Made by a program: the position numbers and the translations under genes. A stretch of DNA of 47,328 nt, taken from positions 1 through 47,328 of the forward strand of contig CAMTVO010000058.1 in assembly GCA_947085205.1 (NCBI GenBank), written 5' to 3'. Each line of letters begins with the position of its first letter. Positions within the stretch are counted from its first letter, which is position 1. The notes under the pieces were generated by a model. That model saw only the letters and a program-made list of their open reading frames with translations. It did no database searches and was not told where the DNA came from. This DNA is from an uncultured Nitrospiraceae bacterium (GTDB lineage: Bacteria > Nitrospirota > Thermodesulfovibrionia > Thermodesulfovibrionales > Dissulfurispiraceae). This document shows, one piece after another, positions 11,262 to 21,194 of this stretch.

Positions 11262-12425
11262 TTAGGCCGCCTCTGCTTTTTTCTTCTTTTTTATAGCAGC
11301 AGATGCAAAGACCTCTACTGCATTGAATGTGCCGTCGATTGACTGAACAGGACACTTTGCTGTGCAAATACCGCAGCCGGTGCACTTGCTCTGGTCTATA
11401 GAGTGTTTCTTCTTCTGCTCTCCGCTAACTGCGTTCACAGGGCATAGCTTCGTGCATATCTGGCATCCTATGCACTTGTCGGTGACAAACGCTTTAGGTC
11501 TCTGGGGGATGAAGTCCACAATGGCATTTGTAGGACATGGTCCCACGCACAGGCCGCATACCCTGCATTTGTTGATGTCAATCCGTGAGAGATTATTCGA
11601 AATGGAAGGCGCATCGAACGGACAGACCTTGACGCACTTTCTGCATGCAATGCATCCGACCTGACAGTGCTTCCTTACATCCACTCCTTTGTCCTTTGAG
11701 TGGCATGAAACAAGCACAGCCTTTGTTGCAGGCAATACCTCGATGACTTTCTTAGGGCATGCTGCCTCGCATTTTCTGCATCCTGTGCATTTTGTCATAT
11801 CAACAACAGGCAGATGGTCGTTATTCATGGTTATAGCGCCAAAAGGGCAGACCCTTGCGCATGTACCGTAGCCGAGGCATCCGTATATGCAGGATTTGTC
11901 GCCCCCTCCTGCCAAAACCGCTGCCCTGCAGTCCTGAACGCCTTCGTATTTAAATCTCTTTGTTGACTTGCTCCAGCTTCCCTGACACATTATTCTTGCG
12001 AATTGAGGCTCCTTAACTTCGGCCTTTTTGCCTGTAATCAATGCTATTGCCTCTGCACTCTTTGCTCCGGCCGGTATGCAGAGATTCGGCGAGACATCGG
12101 GATTGTTAACAACAGCCTCTGCATACTGCTCGCATCCTGCATAGCCGCATGCGCCGCAATGGGCATGGGCAAGGACATCCTTTACTTGCTCAACCCTCGG
12201 ATCTATCTTTACAGAGAATCTTTTTGCGGCAAATGCCAATCCGAAACCGAATATGGCGCCAAGACCTGCAAGAAATATCAGAGTGAACTTCAGTACTTGA
12301 ATAATATCTACATACTCCTTTGCCTCTACAGCAGCGCCTACACCGGCATAGAGGGTAGAAGCGCCGAGGAATAGAAAAGCTATAGCAAACAGACTTGTCT
12401 TTTTTATTGTCGATGTATTCTGCAT
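11262..12425 (-). CDS. rnfB: RnfB polyferredoxin subunit
   Basis: [10 protein letters not shown]-terminal Fe-S motif, six CxxCxxCxxxCP-like motifs, TM anchor; start 12425 follows GGAG (alternative 12455). Confidence 0.92.
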   Translation of the reverse strand: MQNTSTIKKTSLFAIAFLFLGASTLYAGVGAAVEAKEYVDIIQVLKFTLIFLAGLGAIFGFGLAFAAKRFSVKIDPRVEQVKDVLAHAHCGACGYAGCEQYAEAVVNNPDVSPNLCIPAGAKSAEAIALITGKKAEVKEPQFARIMCQGSWSKSTKRFKYEGVQDCRAAVLAGGGDKSCIYGCLGYGTCARVCPFGAITMNNDHLPVVDMTKCTGCRKCEAACPKKVIEVLPATKAVLVSCHSKDKGVDVRKHCQVGCIACRKCVKVCPFDAPSISNNLSRIDINKCRVCGLCVGPCPTNAIVDFIPQRPKAFVTDKCIGCQICTKLCPVNAVSGEQKKKHSIDQSKCTGCGICTAKCPVQSIDGTFNAVEVFASAAIKKKKKAEAA

Positions 12426-12479
12426 TGTTACTCCTTCCTTATAGTCGTAACGCACTGAGCGCAGTCTTTTTTATCATAA

Positions 12480-13073
12480 TCAAAGCGTTATCAATCCAGA
12501 GAAACCTGTAAAAGCAAGGGCAATAAGGCCCGTAATAACAAAGGCCATCGGCAGGCCCCTGAAGGGAGCCGGCACATCTGCAAGCTCTAACTTTTCACGG
12601 ATGCTCGCCATTATTATCAATGCGAGCGCAAAACCGATTCCTGAGCCTAAGCCGAATGCAAGAGTCTCGATAAAGTTATATTTTTCTCCGGCGCTTATAA
12701 GCGGAACCGCAAGGATAATGCAGTTTGTCGAGATAAGGGCAAGGTAGATACCAAGCTTATAATACAAACCAGGAGCCATCTTTCTCATGATTGTATCGGA
12801 TGCCTGCACCAGTCCTGCAACGATGCCGATGAAGACAATGATTTTCAAAAACGTTATATCGAGGGGAACCATCACATAATTAAAGATAAACCAGATTACC
12901 GCAGCGCTTATCATCATGACTGCAGTAAATGTGATGCTCATGCCTACAGCAGTCTCCATCTTTTTAGAGACTCCGAAGAATATGCAGAGGCCTAAGAACC
13001 TCGTAAATACGAAATTATTGATAAGAGATGATGCTATGATAAGCTCAAAAAGCTTCGTAAAATCAAGATTCAT
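12480..13073 (-). CDS. rnfA: RnfA membrane subunit
   Basis: NNFVFTRFLGLC, LGIYLALISTNC, FTGFSG. Confidence 0.93.
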   Translation of the reverse strand: MNLDFTKLFELIIASSLINNFVFTRFLGLCIFFGVSKKMETAVGMSITFTAVMMISAAVIWFIFNYVMVPLDITFLKIIVFIGIVAGLVQASDTIMRKMAPGLYYKLGIYLALISTNCIILAVPLISAGEKYNFIETLAFGLGSGIGFALALIIMASIREKLELADVPAPFRGLPMAFVITGLIALAFTGFSGLITL

Positions 13074-13085
13074 CTGAAACCTCCA

Positions 13086-13712
13086 TTAATGATGCGAAGA
13101 CCTGCCTTTCAAATATTTTGCATCTATCCAGTTAAAGAATGCCATCAATATTCCCACTGCAAGAAAGCCTCCTGCCGGCAGAATCATTATTAAAAGGGGT
13201 TTTGCATTGATTATCGGGAATCCCCATAATGCCCCTTTGCCAAGTATCTCTCTGAAAAAACTGATTACAGTTAGGGCAAACAAGAAACCGATTCCCATGC
13301 CTATACCGTCTGCCATTGACGGAGCAATCTTGTTTTTGCTCGCAAACATCTCTGCCCTCGCAAGGATGGATGCAAAGGCGACTATCAGCTGAATATAAAG
13401 ACCCATCTGCTTGTAAACATCAGGGAAAGCGGCAGCCATAGACATATCTGTGACAGTAACCCATCCTGATATGACAAGCATGAATATTGGAAGTCTTATT
13501 CTAGGATGGATAAATTTTCTCATTAAAGAGATTGTCGAGTTAACCATGACCTGCACAAACAAAACAGCAAAGCCCATTAAGACCCCATTTTTCAGTCCGC
13601 TTGTAACAGCAATTGCAGGACAGAGGCTGAGAGCAAGCTTGAATATGGTATTTTCCTTGACAATTCCGTTCAGTATAAGCTCTTTATAATTAATTGCGCT
13701 GTGCTGCGCCAT
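13086..13712 (-). CDS. rnfE: RnfE membrane subunit
   Basis: LSLCPAIAVT, DGIGMGIGF, ILPAGGF. Confidence 0.92.
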   Translation of the reverse strand: MAQHSAINYKELILNGIVKENTIFKLALSLCPAIAVTSGLKNGVLMGFAVLFVQVMVNSTISLMRKFIHPRIRLPIFMLVISGWVTVTDMSMAAAFPDVYKQMGLYIQLIVAFASILARAEMFASKNKIAPSMADGIGMGIGFLFALTVISFFREILGKGALWGFPIINAKPLLIMILPAGGFLAVGILMAFFNWIDAKYLKGRSSHH

Positions 13713-14277
13713 CTGTTCCTCCTTTTGCGATATTAATAAGATGGCTTAGACCCTTTTTGACCGCATCGTCGGTAACCGCCCTACAGGAAATAGTTACTCC
13801 TGTTATTGCCTGTATATATTCTGTTGGCTCTGTCTTTACAAGTTTTATACGGTCAATATCTTTGCCTTTAAACTGATTTTTAAACTCGTCCTTCTCTATC
13901 TCGTCTCCAAGTCCGGGTGTCTCTGCATGGGAGAGGATATCTATTTTCTGAACCTTAAGGTCTTTATCAACAGCAATCAATACATTGATATAGCTTGAAT
14001 ATCCCTTGCCGAAGGACTGAATTATATAACCGATAATTTCCTCTCCTTTTCTGGCAACAAAGTACTCTGCCTTTTTCTCGTGTATTGTCCAGTCGCCCAT
14101 CTTTTCTATTTTGTCCGCATCAGGTATGAGCTTTTTAAGAGCCCTATCCTTGGCGATCACGGCGTTTTTATACATTATCGGCGATGTCTTGGCATAAACA
14201 GCAGCAAGGATAAGTCCGCCGATGAGATATATAACAACGAGGTTTATGGTTATCTTAATAATGTCCTTGCCTGTCAT
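13690..14277 (-). CDS. rnfG: RnfG FMN-binding subunit
   Basis: N-terminal TM, KGY, HAETPGLG, AITGVTIS flavinylation-type motif. Confidence 0.92.
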   Translation of the reverse strand: MTGKDIIKITINLVVIYLIGGLILAAVYAKTSPIMYKNAVIAKDRALKKLIPDADKIEKMGDWTIHEKKAEYFVARKGEEIIGYIIQSFGKGYSSYINVLIAVDKDLKVQKIDILSHAETPGLGDEIEKDEFKNQFKGKDIDRIKLVKTEPTEYIQAITGVTISCRAVTDDAVKKGLSHLINIAKGGTDGAAQRN

Positions 14278-15317
14278 TTTTTAATCTCCTTTGACTGTTT
14301 TATTGTTCCGAAGACATTGGTCTTAAAGCCTCTGTCTATAAGAGGAGAGAAACAGTTCATGAGGAGTATGGCAAACATTACGCCTTCTGGATAGCCGCCT
14401 TTAAGCCTTATGAGCATTGTCAGAAATCCGCAGCCTATGCCGAAAAGTATTTGCCCCTTCTTGACAGAAGGGCATGTAACATAATCTGTTGCCATGAAGA
14501 ATGCGCCAAGGAGCATACCGCCGCTTAAAAGATGAACTATGGGGTCTCCTGCAAACAGAGCTCCCCCATTACCAGATAACCCCCCGAATATCCATGCCAT
14601 AACAGCCGCTGTGCCTAAGAATGACACAGGGATATGCCATGAAATATAACCTCTGTATAAAAGGAATGCAGCGCCTATGAGGAGCGCGATTGATGATGTC
14701 TCTCCTATGGAGCCTGCCCTGTGGCCTACAAAAAGCTGTGTATATAGATTAATCTTGTCTCCGAATACCTCCATCAGCTTTGCCACTCCTTCTTCTTTTA
14801 ATATTCCAAGCGGTGTTGCAGTGGTCTTTGCATCAAGATGGACGAACGCTGCTGTAGGCTCTTTCCAAATTGTCATGAGTCTCGGGAATGAGATTAGGAG
14901 GAATGCCCTTCCGATTAATGCAGGGTTAAACACATTGAATCCCAATCCTCCGAACAACTGTTTTGTTATAACTACCGCCACAAAAGAGCCTATGACCGGA
15001 ATATAAAAAGGAACAGCCGGAGGCAGGTTCATTCCTAACAGCAATCCTGTGAGGAATGCGCTTCCGTCTGTAACAGTAACCTTTCTTTTTAGACCTTTTT
15101 GGAATATATGCTCCGAGATCATAGCGGCTATTATTGCGAGCGCTAAGGTAAATACCGCCCTCGGGCCAAAAAAATAGGCTCCCATTACTGCTGCAGGGAG
15201 GAGTGAGGCGCTCACGCTCCACATAATCCTGCTTGTGGTCTCTTCGCTCTTTATATGGGGACTAACAGAGACGATTAATTGATGTTCTTTCTTTACCTCT
15301 GCCAATTTAACCTCCAA
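14274..15317 (-). CDS. rnfD: RnfD membrane subunit
   Basis: SPHI, KQLFGGLGFNVFNPAL, TTATPL, GSIGETS, FMATDYVT. Confidence 0.95.
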   Translation of the reverse strand: MEVKLAEVKKEHQLIVSVSPHIKSEETTSRIMWSVSASLLPAAVMGAYFFGPRAVFTLALAIIAAMISEHIFQKGLKRKVTVTDGSAFLTGLLLGMNLPPAVPFYIPVIGSFVAVVITKQLFGGLGFNVFNPALIGRAFLLISFPRLMTIWKEPTAAFVHLDAKTTATPLGILKEEGVAKLMEVFGDKINLYTQLFVGHRAGSIGETSSIALLIGAAFLLYRGYISWHIPVSFLGTAAVMAWIFGGLSGNGGALFAGDPIVHLLSGGMLLGAFFMATDYVTCPSVKKGQILFGIGCGFLTMLIRLKGGYPEGVMFAILLMNCFSPLIDRGFKTNVFGTIKQSKEIKK

Positions 15318-15320
15318 AAA

Positions 15321-15378
15321 CAGTGTCAGTAATTAGTGTCTGTGTCAGTAACTGTCACTGTTAACTGTCACGGACACT
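15321..15378. repeat. Short-unit inverted repeat array between rnfC and rnfD
   Basis: CAGTGT/CAGTAA units followed by complementary ACTGTC/ACTGTT units. Confidence 0.5.
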
Positions 15379-15382
15379 TTTC

Positions 15383-16690
15383 TTATGGTTTTACCAATGA
15401 TTTGGCAAGTCTTATAAATTGTACTATAGGCCTTTTTGACGGGCATACATATGTGCATGAGCCACACTCAAAGCAGTCAAAGAGGTTGTAATCCTTCGCC
15501 TCTTCATAAAAACCCCTTTCCGACAGCACGCTCAACATTGAAGGCATAAGTCCCATCGGACATATATCAATGCACCTGCCGCATCTTATGCATGGCCCGA
15601 AGTCTTCTGCATGGACAACTTCTTCTTCTAAAAGTACGAGAATTCCGGATGTCCCTTTGGTTACAGGCACATCAAGCGAATAGAGGGCAAATCCCATCAT
15701 CGGACCGCCGGATACGATCTTTGCCGCCTCTGATTTCAATCCTCCGCACTCTTCCACTAATTCAGACACCGGAGTTCCTATTTTTACCATAAGATTCTTC
15801 GGCTCTTTTATTCCTTCTCCTGTGACTGTAACAATCCTCTCTATAAGCGGCTTGCCGTATCTTGCTGCCTCATAAATTGCTACTGCTGTGCCGATATTGT
15901 GGACAACAACGCCGACATCCATCGGAAGCCCTCTCGGAGGAACTTCCCTGTCAACAGTTGCCTTTATAAGCATCTTTTCTGCGCCTTGAGGATATTTCAC
16001 TTCAAGCGCGCATACTTGGATATTAGACTCTCCTGAAGCAGCCTGCTTCATAGCCTCAACTGCATCAGGCTTGTTGTCCTCTATTCCTATAAATCCTTTA
16101 TTAACTCCGAGGACTCTCATTAAAACCTTTAAGCCTTCCACTACATCCTTTGGTCTCTCTATCATAAGCCTGTAGTCTGCTGTAAGATAAGGCTCGCACT
16201 CGGCGCCGTTAAGAATAACCACATCGACGGGTTTTTCCTTAGGCGGAGAAAGCTTCACATGTGTCGGGAATGCAGCGCCTCCCATTCCGACTATTCCTGC
16301 GTCCTTCACCTTTCCTTTTAATTCATCGGAAGAGAGTTTCATATAGTCTGGATTGTCCTTTAATGAAGTCCATTCCTCTTTTCCGTCGTTCTCGATTACA
16401 ACAGACATAACCATTCTTCCTATCGCATTAGGAAACTCTCCTATTGCTATCACCTTTCCGGAAACCGATGAGTGGACAGGCGCAGAGACAAACCCTTCTG
16501 GAGCGCCGATGACCTCGCCTTTTTTCACTTCCTGACCGACGCTTACAGTTAGCTTGCACGGTGCGCCTATGTGCTGTGCAAGTGGAATAACGACTCTTTT
16601 GGGTGGTTTTGTGGGAGAGATTGCCTTGTCTTTGGAAAGCTCCTTCTTGTCAGAGGGATGAATTCCTCCCTTAAATGTTGCAATGGCCAT
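15383..16690 (-). CDS. rnfC: RnfC NADH/flavin Fe-S subunit
   Basis: FKGGIHP, AGIVGMGGAAFPT, NGAECEPYLT, GGPMMG, two 4Fe-4S motifs; start 16690 or 16705. Confidence 0.96.
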   Translation of the reverse strand: MAIATFKGGIHPSDKKELSKDKAISPTKPPKRVVIPLAQHIGAPCKLTVSVGQEVKKGEVIGAPEGFVSAPVHSSVSGKVIAIGEFPNAIGRMVMSVVIENDGKEEWTSLKDNPDYMKLSSDELKGKVKDAGIVGMGGAAFPTHVKLSPPKEKPVDVVILNGAECEPYLTADYRLMIERPKDVVEGLKVLMRVLGVNKGFIGIEDNKPDAVEAMKQAASGESNIQVCALEVKYPQGAEKMLIKATVDREVPPRGLPMDVGVVVHNIGTAVAIYEAARYGKPLIERIVTVTGEGIKEPKNLMVKIGTPVSELVEECGGLKSEAAKIVSGGPMMGFALYSLDVPVTKGTSGILVLLEEEVVHAEDFGPCIRCGRCIDICPMGLMPSMLSVLSERGFYEEAKDYNLFDCFECGSCTYVCPSKRPIVQFIRLAKSLVKP

Positions 16691-16867
16691 TGAAGGTTCC
16701 TCCATTTGCGTTTTGCGTTATAGCGCTTGCATTATAGCAATATGAATAATCTATAACACTCTTGAGGGCTAAAAAAAGCCTATAAGTAATAACATGGAAT
16801 TATAAAATATGTCAAGCCTGAATTTTAGATGCGAGTCGGTGGAATCGGTGGAAAATGAATAGCTGAG

Positions 16868-17200
16868 TTATGCCCTTCTGACCAGTTTGGCCATCCTGCC
16901 TCTTTCCGTAAGCAGTTCGTTAAGGACTTCCCTCATGAGGGCGCATGCCTGAACTACTTTAGGGTTGGCTATACTGTAATAGATATTCACGCCGTCCCTT
17001 CTGCTTTTCAGTATGCCCTTAAGCCTCATGACAGCAAGATGCTGAGATACATTGGCCTTTGGAGTTCCCAGGATATCTACAAGCTCTGTGACTGTCTTCT
17101 CCCCATCCTTCAAGGCGCTGATTATCTCTATCCTTTTTGGGCTGGAGAGTATCTTACAGATCTCTGCCTGCAACTCGTATATGGACTTCTCTCTTCTCAT
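16868..17200 (-). CDS. ArsR/SmtB-family transcriptional regulator
   Basis: LSSPKRIEII, NVSQHLAVMR, SRRDG..IYYS winged HTH. Confidence 0.92.
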   Translation of the reverse strand: MRREKSIYELQAEICKILSSPKRIEIISALKDGEKTVTELVDILGTPKANVSQHLAVMRLKGILKSRRDGVNIYYSIANPKVVQACALMREVLNELLTERGRMAKLVRRA

Positions 17201-17208
17201 AATTAAAT

Positions 17209-17237
17209 ATTTTATTAGTTTAGAAACTAAAGGTCAA
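17209..17237 (-). promoter_or_regulatory. Sigma70-like promoter with a palindromic operator in the spacer
   Basis: TTGACC-N17-TAAAAT; the spacer holds TTAGTTT-AG-AAACTAA (17215-17230); 8 nt from the -10 to the arsR ATG. Confidence 0.6.
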
Positions 17238-17293
17238 GAACTTTTTTATCTTAATATTTAAATGACATATTAATTACAAATTTAAGCAACAAA

Positions 17294-17938
17294 TTATCCT
17301 TTCCATCCGTATTCTCCCACGAGGGGCACAAACACGCATGGAGTGTGGTATTCTTCAACAAGAATGCCCTTTTCTTTTTTGCCCTTAATCAATATCTGTG
17401 AAAACCTCTCTCCAACAGGTGCTACAATAATCCCGCCATCCTTAAGCTGATTTATTAGAGGCTCTGGAATCTTTGGCGCAGCAGCAGTAACTATAATCCT
17501 ATCAAAGGGTGCTTTATCCTCCAATCCCTTTGTACCATCGCTAACTATTACATAAACATTTTCGTATCCGAGGTCTGTCAAACGCCTCCCTGCTTCATCC
17601 GCAAGCATAGAGAATCTCTCTATCGTATAAACCTCTTTTGACAGTTCAGCAAGTATTGCCGCCTGATATCCTGAGCCGGTGCCGACTTCAAGCACCCTCT
17701 CATCGCCATTTAATTCCAGGAGCTCTGTCATTACAGCAACCATATAAGGCTGGGATATTGTCTGGTCATCGCCGATGGGAAGCGCCATGTCGTCATAAGC
17801 GCTGTGCCTTATAAATTCAGGGACAAACAGATGTCTCGGCACCTTCCTCATGGCAGCAAGGACACGCTCATCCTTTATCCCCCTTGGGATTAACTGATAC
17901 TCAACCATCATATCCCTGAGTCTTTTATAATCTTCCAT
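17294..17938 (-). CDS. pcm: Protein-L-isoaspartate O-methyltransferase
   Basis: VPRHLFVP, QTISQPYMVA, VLEVGTGSGYQAA, FVPLVG. Confidence 0.96.
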   Translation of the reverse strand: MEDYKRLRDMMVEYQLIPRGIKDERVLAAMRKVPRHLFVPEFIRHSAYDDMALPIGDDQTISQPYMVAVMTELLELNGDERVLEVGTGSGYQAAILAELSKEVYTIERFSMLADEAGRRLTDLGYENVYVIVSDGTKGLEDKAPFDRIIVTAAAPKIPEPLINQLKDGGIIVAPVGERFSQILIKGKKEKGILVEEYHTPCVFVPLVGEYGWKG

Positions 17939-19313
17939 GTCTTCTCAATATTTCCCGTGCTGCTATTACCCCTGATGCAGATGCCTGAATAAGCCCTCTG
18001 CTGACACCGGCTCCATCACCGATGGCAAACAGATTTTTAATTTCTGTCTCAAGGCTGTTTGTAAGCTTAACCTGCATTGAATAAAACTTCACCTCTACGC
18101 CGTAAAGAAGCGTATGCCTTGAATTCACACCCGGAGCGATTCTGTCCAATGCCTCTAACATCTCTATAATATCTGATAGGTGACGATATGGAAGGACAAA
18201 ACTTAAATCTCCAGGAGTCGCATCTTTTAAAGTAGGCTCAACAATCCCTTTTGATATGCGCTCATAAGTCGAACGTCTTCCTTTTACAAGATCTCCCAAC
18301 CTCTGGACAATAACACTTCCGCCGAGGAAATTGGCAAGCCTTGCTATGTATGTGCCGTATGATATCGGCTCGTCAAAAGGCTCTGTGAAAAAGGTGCTTA
18401 CCAAGATTGCGAAGTTTGTGTTGTTTGTTCTCCTCTCAGCATAACTGTGGCCGTTTACGGTCCATATATCCTTTATATGCTCTTTCACTACCTCTCCATA
18501 AGGATTAACACAGAATGTCCTCACCTTATCGTCAAACTTTTTTGAATAAAATATCAACTTCGGTTCATAGGTAATACTTGTAAGAGGCTCAAGCACCGGC
18601 GCAGGAACCTCGACCCTTACGCCGATATCCACAGGATTTTTGAGGAGGGTAAGTTTAAGCCTTCTGGATTCTGACTCAAGCCATTTGGCCGATGCCCTTC
18701 CCGGAGCAAGGATTACATAATCCGCATATATCTCCTGGCCATCTTTTAGCTTTATGCCGGCAGCCTTCCTCTTTTCAATGATTATGCGCTGCACATCATT
18801 TTCGAATATCGTAGAAACTCTTTCATTGACAGCATCCCTCATCCTTTTCAGCACATCCCTGCATCTGTCTGTGCCTATATGCCTTATTTTCGAGGGTACA
18901 AATGTAAGGTCGTTCTTTGCAGCAATGTCTTTTATCCTTGCAATCTCCTTTTCATCGCCGCCGTAAAGCTTTTCAGGAGCCCCGCACTTCACATACACAC
19001 TGTCCACATACTCTATTAATGTTTGAAGCGCAGCCATATCAACATATCTCGAAAGGAATCCGCCTATTTCAGGAGAGAGGTTGAGCTTGCCGTCGCTGAA
19101 TGCACCGGCACCGCCCCAACCGCTTACAAGGTCGCATTCAGGACATGACATGCAAGGAACACCGCAGGCATCCATAGGACATTGGCGCTTATCGATGTCT
19201 TTTCCCTTTTCGACAATGAGGACCTTTAAATCAGGAGCCTTCTCCATAAGCTCCATGGTACAAAAGATCCCGGCAGGCCCTGCGCCAACTATGATTACAT
19301 CGTATTTATTCAT
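17925..19313 (-). CDS. Uncharacterised NAD(P)/FAD-dependent oxidoreductase
   Basis: GAGPAG Rossmann motif, GWGGAGAFSDGKL, GDGAGVSRG; Cys-rich segment near the N-terminus. Confidence 0.85.
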   Translation of the reverse strand: MNKYDVIIVGAGPAGIFCTMELMEKAPDLKVLIVEKGKDIDKRQCPMDACGVPCMSCPECDLVSGWGGAGAFSDGKLNLSPEIGGFLSRYVDMAALQTLIEYVDSVYVKCGAPEKLYGGDEKEIARIKDIAAKNDLTFVPSKIRHIGTDRCRDVLKRMRDAVNERVSTIFENDVQRIIIEKRKAAGIKLKDGQEIYADYVILAPGRASAKWLESESRRLKLTLLKNPVDIGVRVEVPAPVLEPLTSITYEPKLIFYSKKFDDKVRTFCVNPYGEVVKEHIKDIWTVNGHSYAERRTNNTNFAILVSTFFTEPFDEPISYGTYIARLANFLGGSVIVQRLGDLVKGRRSTYERISKGIVEPTLKDATPGDLSFVLPYRHLSDIIEMLEALDRIAPGVNSRHTLLYGVEVKFYSMQVKLTNSLETEIKNLFAIGDGAGVSRGLIQASASGVIAAREILRRHGRL

Positions 19314-19364
19314 CTGATTCTCCGCCTAAAATCTTATCAGTGGCAGCCATAAATACGTTATTAA

Positions 19365-20117
19365 TTAACCTTTCCATGTCTTTTTCAAATACTCCAGCGC
19401 CTCATAATTTGTTAAATCTAGATGAATGGGTGTTATAGATACATAATTACCAAGTACAGCCTGAATATCCATATCCTCTCCCTGCTCCCAGTAAGGCGTT
19501 CCTCCTCCTATCCAGTAGTGTTTGTCGCCCCATGGGGAATAAGTGTCCTGTATCGCATTATCATACACCCTTTTGCCCTGCCTTGTGATTCTTATACCCT
19601 TAATCATGTCTCTTCTTTGCACATTGGGAACATTTACATTGAGCAACGTGTCGTATGGCAAAGACTTTTCAAGAATGTATCTGGCAATATTTATGGCAAA
19701 AGGGGTTGCAGTCTCGTGGTGAAAAGGCTTGTCTCCCACAAGTGAAATAGCAAATGAAGGGACACTCAGAATAGTGCCTTCTATTGCAGCAGAGACTGTT
19801 CCCGAATAGGTTATGTCATCGCCAAGATTTGCACCCCTGTTTATTCCTGATGCAACAAGGTCAGGCTTCCTCGGCAATATCTTGTGGATGGCAAGGGCAA
19901 CGCAATCTGTTGGTGTGCCGTTTACGCTATACACATTTTCGCGCAATTCCTCGACCTTCAAAGGCCTGTGAAGCGTAAGGGCATGGCCGACCGCACTCCT
20001 TTCCCTGTCAGGTGCAACAACATACGCATCACCTATCTCCTTCATCGCCTTGAGAAGGGCGATTATTCCCGGCGAATGAACACCATCGTCGTTTGTAACA
20101 AGAATAAGAGGTGGCAT
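19365..20117 (-). CDS. surE: 5'/3'-nucleotidase SurE
   Basis: LVTNDDG, GTPTDCV, SGINRGANLG, YSGTVSAA. Confidence 0.97.
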   Translation of the reverse strand: MPPLILVTNDDGVHSPGIIALLKAMKEIGDAYVVAPDRERSAVGHALTLHRPLKVEELRENVYSVNGTPTDCVALAIHKILPRKPDLVASGINRGANLGDDITYSGTVSAAIEGTILSVPSFAISLVGDKPFHHETATPFAINIARYILEKSLPYDTLLNVNVPNVQRRDMIKGIRITRQGKRVYDNAIQDTYSPWGDKHYWIGGGTPYWEQGEDMDIQAVLGNYVSITPIHLDLTNYEALEYLKKTWKG

Positions 20118-20197
20118 GATTAAAGTTTATCACACTGCATGGGAAATTGTGGGGTTAGAGGATTTTATTCTTCAGGTTAATTCATCAGCGATTGACA

Positions 20198-21184
20198 TTA
20201 AGACAATCCCATTGCCTCTCTTACGAGCTTCATGGTCTCTTCAGCAATCTTTCCTGCTTTTTCCGAGCCTTTCTTGGCTATCTCAAGAACCACATCCGGA
20301 TTCGAAATCATCTCATTCCTCTTTTTCCATATAGGCTCCATGTATGTAAAGACATTCTTTATGAGTATCTTTTTGCAATCAATGCATCCAATGCCTGCAG
20401 TCCTGCATCCGTGGGTAACCTCTTCAAGCTCCTTTTTTGAAGAAAATATCTTGTGCAATTGATAAACAGGCGAAAGCTCAGGCTCTCCCCTATCCGTCTT
20501 TCTCTTTCTCGCAGGGTCTGTCATCATTGTTCTTATCTTCTGCTCTACAACCTCCGGAGAGTCGCTAAGATAAATCGCATTGTCATAGCTCTTCGACATC
20601 TTTCTTCCGTCAAGTCCAGGAACCTTGGGGAATTCTGTAAGCAATCCCTCAGGCTCTGGGAAGACTTCTTTATAGAGGTAGTTGAATCTCCTCGCAATCT
20701 CCCTTGATATTTCGAGGTGCGGAAACTGGTCAATTCCGACAGGGACAAATTTTGCTCTGTAAATAATTATGTCTGCTGTCTGCAAAACAGGATAGCCCAA
20801 AAAGCCGTAAGTGGAAAGGTCTTTGTCCTTTAACTGCTCCTGCTTTTCTTTGTAAGTAGGAACCCTCTCAAGCCATCCCGTGGGAGTAATCATCGAAAGA
20901 AGGAGATGCAATTCAGCATGCTGCGGAAGCATTGATTGTATGAAGATTGTGGATTTATCGGGATCTAAGCCGGCAGCTATAAAATTTATCAGGAGGTCAT
21001 GCGTGCTCTCCTTTATAGTGGATGGATCTGCATATCCTGTTGTGAGGGCATGCCAATCTGCAACAAAATAAAAGCAGTCGTATTTTTCCTGAAGTTCTAC
21101 CCAGTTCTTTAAGGCTCCCACAAGGTTTCCGAGATGAAGTTTTCCGCTTGCCTGCATGCCGCTCAAAACGCGCTCTCTACTCAT
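20198..21184 (-). CDS. trpS: Tryptophanyl-tRNA synthetase
   Basis: HLGN (HIGH-like), VPVGIDQ, KMSKS; start 21184 or 21187. Confidence 0.96.
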   Translation of the reverse strand: MSRERVLSGMQASGKLHLGNLVGALKNWVELQEKYDCFYFVADWHALTTGYADPSTIKESTHDLLINFIAAGLDPDKSTIFIQSMLPQHAELHLLLSMITPTGWLERVPTYKEKQEQLKDKDLSTYGFLGYPVLQTADIIIYRAKFVPVGIDQFPHLEISREIARRFNYLYKEVFPEPEGLLTEFPKVPGLDGRKMSKSYDNAIYLSDSPEVVEQKIRTMMTDPARKRKTDRGEPELSPVYQLHKIFSSKKELEEVTHGCRTAGIGCIDCKKILIKNVFTYMEPIWKKRNEMISNPDVVLEIAKKGSEKAGKIAEETMKLVREAMGLS

Positions 21185-21194
21185 CAAATCTCCT

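Noticed and set aside
12456..12482. Selenocysteine or readthrough fusion of rnfA (TGA) to in-frame rnfB
   Set aside because: A second TGA and a TAA follow in frame.
17222..17233. AGAAACTAAAGG shared between the arsR operator and the repeats near 25050
   Set aside because: A 12-nt AT-rich match in unrelated contexts is likely chance.
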